Assembly (NCBI RefSeq): GCF_004010195.1
Contig: NC_057749.1
Span: 19,801,946-19,857,078 of the forward strand
Origin: Chiloscyllium plagiosum
Lineage: Eukaryota
Reading direction: 5' to 3'
Length of the DNA: 55,133 nucleotides
Position numbers and translations under genes: made by a program. Below are positions 49,135 to 55,133 of this stretch, in pieces (position 1 is the stretch's first letter; each line of letters opens with the position of its first letter). The notes under the pieces were generated by a model, which saw only the letters and a program-made list of their open reading frames with translations, had not been told where the DNA came from and did no database searches.

Positions 49135-49566
49135 GACACTTCCATATCCGCCACAAATTCACCTGCACCTCCACACACATCATTTATTGCATCCGCTGCA
49201 CCCAATGTGGCCTCCTCTATATTGGGGAGACAGGCCGCCTACTTGCAGAACGTTTCAGAGAACACCTCTGGGACACCCGCACCAACCAACCCAACCACCC
49301 CGTGGCTCAACACTTTAACTCCCCCTCCCACTCCACCAAGGACATGCAGGTCCTTGGACTCCTCCATCACCAGACCATNNNNNNNNNNNNNNNNNNNNNN
49401 NNNNNNNNNNNNNNNNNNNNNNNNNNNNNNNNNNNNNNNNNNNNNNNNNNNNNNNNNNNNNNNNNNNNNNNNNNNNNNNNNNNNNNNNNNNNNNNNNNNN
49501 NNNNATTCTCCTGTTCCTTGGATGCTGCCTGACCTGCTGCGCTTTTCCAGCAACACATTTTCAGCT
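49135..49566 (+). mobile_element. Young 5'-truncated Penelope element: GIY-YIG endonuclease segment and pLTR
   Basis: FTCTSTHIIYCIRCTQCGLLYIGETGRLLAERFREH (GIY-YIG with Cys/His motif). Perfect 16-bp TSD ctgatacctggaatgg at 49119-49134 and 49567-49582. Confidence 0.93.
49379..49504. other. Assembly gap (N run)
   Basis: Run of N bases. Confidence 1.
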
Positions 49567-50954
49567 CTGATACCTGGAATGGATGGATTGTCTTGTGAGA
49601 TAAGTTTGGACAAAAAGATTGAGCTTAGAAGAGTAATGGGTAATTCGATTGAAATATGCATGATCCTGAAGAGTCTTGACAGGGTGGATGTTGTGAAGAT
49701 GTTTCCTCTTATGGGAATATTAGAACCTCGGGTCACTGTTTAAAAATAAGACATTGCCCATTCAAAACAGAGATGAAGTGAAATGATTTTCTTTCAGAGG
49801 GTTGTGAGTCTTTGGAATTTTCTTCTGTAAAAAGTAGTGGAAGCACAATCCTTGAATATTTTTAAGGCAGAGATAAAAACAGACATTTAATAAGTTAAGC
49901 GTTGAAAGGTCATCAAGGTTAAGTGCAAGTGAGGAGTAATCAGATTAATTTTGATCTTATTGAATGATAGAACAGACTCAAAGGGCTATATTGAAGCCAA
50001 TTCCTTCTCTTGCCCTGAATTGAAAGGTTTCCCTGATTTTACTTCCAATTTGTAGCCTCCTCTACCTCTTATATGGTACAGTGTAAAACTACTGACTCCT
50101 CCTTGTACCTCAACAAGATCTGGACAGTATCCAGTCTCGAGCTGACAAGTAGTAATTCACACCTTGGAAAATGGCAAGCAATGACCATCTCCAATAAGAG
50201 ATTATCCAACCAGCACCCCTTGACATTCAGTAGTGCTATCATCACTCAATCCTCCACTATCAACACCCTTGACAAGAAATTCAACTGGACCTGTCACATA
50301 AACACATTGGCTACAAGAGGCAGGTCAGAGGTTAGAAATGCCTCATGGGAACCTGGGTTGGAATAAAACTCTGGAATTAAGCGTCTGCTGATGACCATGA
50401 ATCTTTTGTTGATTATGAGGAAAAAAGCCCACCTGGGTCACTAATGTCCTTTAGGGAAAGGAAACTGCCATCCTTACCTGTTCAGGCCTACTCCAGACCC
50501 ACACACTTAACTGCCCTCTAGGCCATTAGGGATGGGCAATAAACGCTGGCCTGACCAGCAACACTCAAGTACATTAATTTTTTTAAAATGCAAGGGTACA
50601 CTACCACTAGCAAGTTCCCCTCCATGCCAGTCACCATCCTGACTTGTAAATATATCACCGTTCCTTCACTGTTACACTTGGGTTCAAAATTCTGGAGTTC
50701 CCTCCCTAACAGCATTGTGGATCAACCCACAGTGCCGTTGGACTGTAGCAATTCAAGAAGGCAGCTCACCATCACATCTTCTCTGGTGGTGGCCAGCCAA
50801 CCACACCTATATTTCATGAGTGAATTAAAAAAAACTATGCTTCGTCAAACACTGCTTCTTGTAAGGACAATGTTCCATTCACCCAGTTCCTCCGTCCTCC
50901 TTGCAACTATCCAGATGATTCAATCTTCTTGACCAGTACTTCCAAATGCTTCCA

Positions 50955-53200
50955 ACATCCCACCCCATGCGGAAATGAAGAGCGCACTTAACGAAATATA
51001 CACCACTACAAATAGCCTTGAGACAGACCATCCAAGGCCTTGTTCATCATAGCCAGTGACTTCAACCAGGCCAACCACAAGAGTATGCTACCAAGATACC
51101 ACCAACACATCTCCTGTCCCACCACAGGCCCAATAACCCTGGGGCATTTCTACACAACCATCAAAGATGTCCACTGCTCCATTTCCCGTCTGCAGTTTGG
51201 TAAATCAGACCATAAGGCTGTGCTCCTTCTCCCAGCTTACAAGTGGAAACTGATGTGTGAGGAACCAGTACAGAAAGTCGTACAGTGCTGATCTGAGGTA
51301 ACGGATGAGTTCCTAGGTGACTGCTTGGGGTCAGTGGACGTGTAGAGGACTGCATGCCAAAGAAGTTGATTCCAGTGTTCCCCAACCAGAAACCATGGAT
51401 AAACTTGGAGACCAACTCCCTACTGGTCAGTCAGGACTGAGGCGTTCAAGTCCAGTGATCCTGACCTGTACAAGAAATCTAGGTACAATCTTTGCAAAGC
51501 CCTCATGGATGTCAAGAGACAATACAAAACTAAACTACAGTTCCAGACTAACCACACAAACACACGTCGACTGGGGCAAAACTTATACGCTATAACGGGC
51601 TACAGAGTGAGGTTGAGTAGAATCACTGACAACAATGCATCCCTCACCGGTGAGCTCAATGCATTCTATGCTGCTTTTGACTAGAAGGTCAGTGAAATTA
51701 TATGACCTGCCCCGACAACCACGGGTGCTCCTGTACCCACAGTCTACACCACAGATGTCAGATCGGTCTTCTTGAGGGTGAACCCACGAAAGCGACTCGC
51801 CTGGATGGAGGTCCCAGCCGTATACTCAGATCCTGCATGGACCAGTTGTGGGAGTATTCTCAGACATCTCTAACCTCTCCTTATTACAGTGAGGTTCCCA
51901 ATTCCTTCAAGAAGACCACTATCATCCCAGTACCAAAGAAAATTCAGGCAAAGTGCCTTAATGACTACTGCCCAGTGGCTCTGACATGCATCATTATGAA
52001 GTGCTTCAAGAGGTTAGTAATAGTCCACATCAACTCCAGCCTCCCAGATTGCCCTTATCCATTATGATTTGCCTACCATTGCAACAGATCCACAGCAGAC
52101 ACTGTCTCCCTGGCACTACGCTCACCGGTGAAACATTCGACTGTCAAGGACATCCACATCAGACTCCTATTTATTGACTTGAGCTCTGCCTTCAACAGGA
52201 TAACTATGACCAAACTCATCTCCAAAATCTGAGACCTAGTACTCTGCTTCTCAGTCTATAACTGGATCCTTGATTTCCTGACCCACAGACTGCAATCTGT
52301 AAGGATAGGCAACAACTGCTCCTCCACAATAACCTTAACACCAGTACTCCTGCAAGGCTGTGTACTCATCCCCTTATTGTATTCCTTACACACTCACAAC
52401 TGTGTGGTCAAATTCAGCTGTAACTCCATTTACAAGTTTGCTAATGACACTATCATAGTGGGTCAGATCTCAAACCATGACAAGAGAGTGTACAGGAAAG
52501 AGAGAGCTTAGTGGGACGATGGAAAGACAACAATCTTGTCAGCGAAACAAAGGAGCTGGTCATTAACTTCAGAAAGCAGAGTAGAGTTCACCCCCCCCCC
52601 CCCTCCCCCCGGTCTGCATCAATGGTGCTGAGGTGGAGATGGTCGAGAGCTTCAAGTTCCTAGAAGTAAACATCACCAACAATCTCTCCTGGACCATCCA
52701 CATTGACACTATAGTCAAGAAAGCACACAAACGCCCTTACTTCCTGAGAACGCTAAAGAAATCCAGCACGTCCACAATGACTCTTACCAATGTTTATAGC
52801 TGTCCCATTAAAAGCATCCTATCTGGATGCACCACAGCTTCATATGGCAACTGCTCTGGTCAAGATTGTAAGAAATTGCAGACAATTGTGAACGCAGTCC
52901 AGCCCATCACACAAACCAGCCTTCCATCCATTGACTTCATCTATATTTCCCACTGCTTTGGAAAAAACAGCCAACATAATCAAAGACCCCCTCCCACCCC
53001 ACATATACTCTCTTTCACCCTCTTCCATTGGGCAGAAGATACAGAAATTTGAAAACAGGTCCCAACAGATTTAAGAACAGCTTCTTCCTCGCTGTTATTA
53101 GAATTATGAACGGACCTTTCGCATATTAGAATTGGTTTTCCTCTGCGCCTCCTCTGTAGCTGTAACACCATATTCTGTATTCTGTTCTATTATACTGATG
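50955..53200 (+). mobile_element. Degraded Rex1/Babar-type LINE (APE and RT remnants)
   Basis: FIIASDFNQAN...GKSDH.AVLLLPAYK; VP.SFKKTTIIPVPKK....CLNDY.PVALT.IIMKCF.RLV; VESFKFL.VNITNNLSW..HID..VKKA..R.YFLR.LKK. Confidence 0.88.
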
Positions 53201-53211
53201 CACTTATGTAA

Positions 53212-53335
53212 AATTAAAAATCACACAACACCAAGTTATAGTTCAACTGGTTTATTTGGAAGCATGAGCTTTCGAAATGCTACTTCTTCATCAGGTGGTT
53301 CAACCCCAGTCCGACACCATCTCCTCCAAATCATG
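53212..53335 (-). mobile_element. Penelope pLTR fragment (second family) with a hammerhead core at 53266-53294
   Basis: 12-bp TSD gcactta(t/c)gtaa. Minus strand reads CUGAUGA-A-GAAGU-agc-AUUUC-GAAA-GCUC. Confidence 0.75.
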
Positions 53336-53539
53336 GCACTTACGTAAGTTATTATTTGTCAGTAAAAACAATACTTCTCACAGTCTTGTGCTACACATGA
53401 CAATAATTAATCAAATCAAATCAGTCTTCATTTCTCCCCAATGGGCACTCCTTTGATCCCCTTTATTTATTGTGTCCAGTCTATTTCCACAATGTGTGTA
53501 TTCACTCCTTTCCCTCCTGCTCAGATTTGTGATAACATT

Positions 53540-53756
53540 CACAAACAAAAACAGATGTTGCTGGAAAAGCTCAGCAGGTCTGGCAGCATCAGTGAAGAGA
53601 AATCAGAGTTGACGTTTCAGGTCCGGTTCTCAGGGTCACCTGACCCAAAATGTTAACTCTGATTCTGTTCACAGATACTGCCAGACCTGCTGGGCTTTTC
53701 CAGCAGCTTCTGTTTTTGTTTCTGATGTACAGCATCCGCAGTTCTTTCAGTTTTTA
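53540..53756. mobile_element. Penelope-associated fold-back element (gccagacctgct family)
   Basis: About 75-bp inverted arms, imperfect flanking duplication ttgtg(a/g)taac and a decayed gggtca-cc-tgaccc-aaaa stem. Confidence 0.75.
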
Positions 53757-53926
53757 TTGTGGTAACGCTTCCCTTGTCCTCAGCTCCTGGTCCACCAGTC
53801 TCCGCATTCAATATTCATAATTGTGCAAATCTTTTGTTATTTTATCCTGTCAATTGTAATGATTGTCTGTAACAATGTTATAAGTTTGATTCTGAATAAG
53901 GGTTCAATGGACCTGAAACATCAACT

Positions 53927-54862
53927 GCGAGAGGACGGATGCTGTGAAATTTGAAAGGGTTCAGAAAAGATTTACAAGGATGTTGCCAGGATTGAAGAGT
54001 GGGGTGCTGGAAAAGCACAGCCGGTCAGGCAGCATTCGAGGGGCAGGAGAATCGACATTTCAGGCATGAGCTCTTCATCAGGTATGAGGCTGGTGGGCCA
54101 AGGGGGCTGAGAGATAAATGGGGGGTGGGACTGGGAGGAAAGTAGCTGGGAATGCTATTGGTAGATGAAGACGTGGGAGGTGATAGGTCAGACAGGAGGG
54201 TGAAGCGGATAGGTGGGAAGGAAGATGGTCAGGTAGGACCATTCAGGAGGGGCAGTGCCAATTTGGAAGGTTGGATCTGGTATAAGGTGGAGGGAAGGGA
54301 ATGAGGAAACTGGTGAAATCCACATTGATCCTGTATGCTTGGAGGGTCCCAAGGCGAAGATGAGGTGTTTTTCCTACAGGTGTTGCAGGCATTGCAGGAA
54401 TGGAGAGTTCAATCTACAGGGAGAGGCTGAATGGGCTGGGGCTGTTTTCTCTGGAGTGTCAGAGGCCAAGGGGAGACCTTATAGAGGTTTAGAAAATCAT
54501 GAGGGGCATGGATAGGATAAATAGACAAGGTTGTTTCCCTGGTGTAGGGTAGTCCAAACCCAAAGGACATAGGTTTAATGTGAGAGGGGACAAGATTTAA
54601 AAGGGACCTAAGGGGCAACTTTTTCACACAGACAGTGGTGCGTGTATGGAACGTGCTGCCAGAGGAAGTGGTGGAGGCTGGAACAATTACAATATTTAAA
54701 AGGCACCTGAATGGGTATATGAATAGGGAAGGGTTTAGAGGGATTTGGGCCAAATGCTGGAAAATGGGACGAGATTTATTTTGGATATCTTGTCGGAATG
54801 GATGAGTTGGACAGAATGGTGTGTTTCTTTACTGTACATCTCAATGTTTGTGACTCTATGAC
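53927..54862 (+). mobile_element. CR1 3' fragment interrupted by a minus-strand Penelope 3' end (~54001-54391)
   Basis: FERVQKRFTRMLPG...RGDLIEV..IMRG...RGNFFTQTVVRVWNVLP. The Penelope pLTR motif tgctggaaaagcacagc lies inside. Confidence 0.85.
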
Positions 54863-55133
54863 TCTGATTTCTTCCAGCTGCTGCAGACCCACTGAGATTT
54901 TCCAGCAATTTCTGTTTTTGTTTCAGATTTGCAGCATCCGCGGTTTTTCGGTTTTTATTCGTTATTGTTGAGCTGTTACCCACCTATATAGTTCACATTG
55001 CTCCCAAGAAGCCTCCCTCCCTGTCCATCTCCTTCCCTCTCCATACTGCTTACCCTTCCACCTCCTCCTACCATGCTCTCCTTCTATTACATCTTTTCCC
55101 CTTCCCGTTCCCTCCCCTCCCCCCCCCTTGTCC

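Larger units (their letters stand above)
47900..50010 (+). mobile_element. Degraded CR1 ORF2 (RT) with a nested Penelope fragment
   Basis: Remnants of ENYRPV..TSV.GK.L, HSFVKGKSC.TNLLE.FE, YLDFQK.F.KV and AKFANDTEIGG. Confidence 0.88.

Noticed and set aside
24903..55133. cpeb1 or other syntenic neighbour exons
   Set aside because: I found no recognisable coding exon of a second host gene by eye. A small first exon could have been missed.
1..55133. CRISPR arrays or prokaryotic operon-like systems
   Set aside because: This is eukaryotic intron/intergenic DNA, with no regularly spaced repeat-spacer array and no dense ORFs.

Overview
Repeat-rich vertebrate DNA, almost certainly from a shark or other elasmobranch (HE1-type V-SINEs, CR1/HER1 LINEs, DeuSINEs, Penelope-like elements). 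The only host gene I can support is the 3' end of ap3b2 (neuronal AP-3 beta-2 subunit) on the + strand. Five phase-consistent coding exons (780-1011, 2744-2828, 5663-5760, 20516-20654, 24752-24902) encode the C-terminal ear domain ending ...KDIMQALTQ*. Two observations stand out. (1) A candidate 24-nt frame-preserving neural microexon (18968-18991, +EQLLNPSA) sits in the 14.7-kb intron with SRRM3/4-type UGC, YCAY and downstream UGCAUG motifs. (2) Many small TSD-flanked Penelope-derived insertions carry minimal hammerhead-ribozyme cores, either as fold-back hairpins or, at 31.0-31.5 kb, as a ~192-nt tandem with retrozyme-like architecture. The rest is nested transposon debris (a Gypsy-type LTR with PBS, Tigger-like and MULE-like MITEs, CR1, L2, Rex1/Babar) plus two assembly gaps. 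All family assignments are by eye from remembered motifs; no database searches were run. Boundaries of degraded repeats are approximate.
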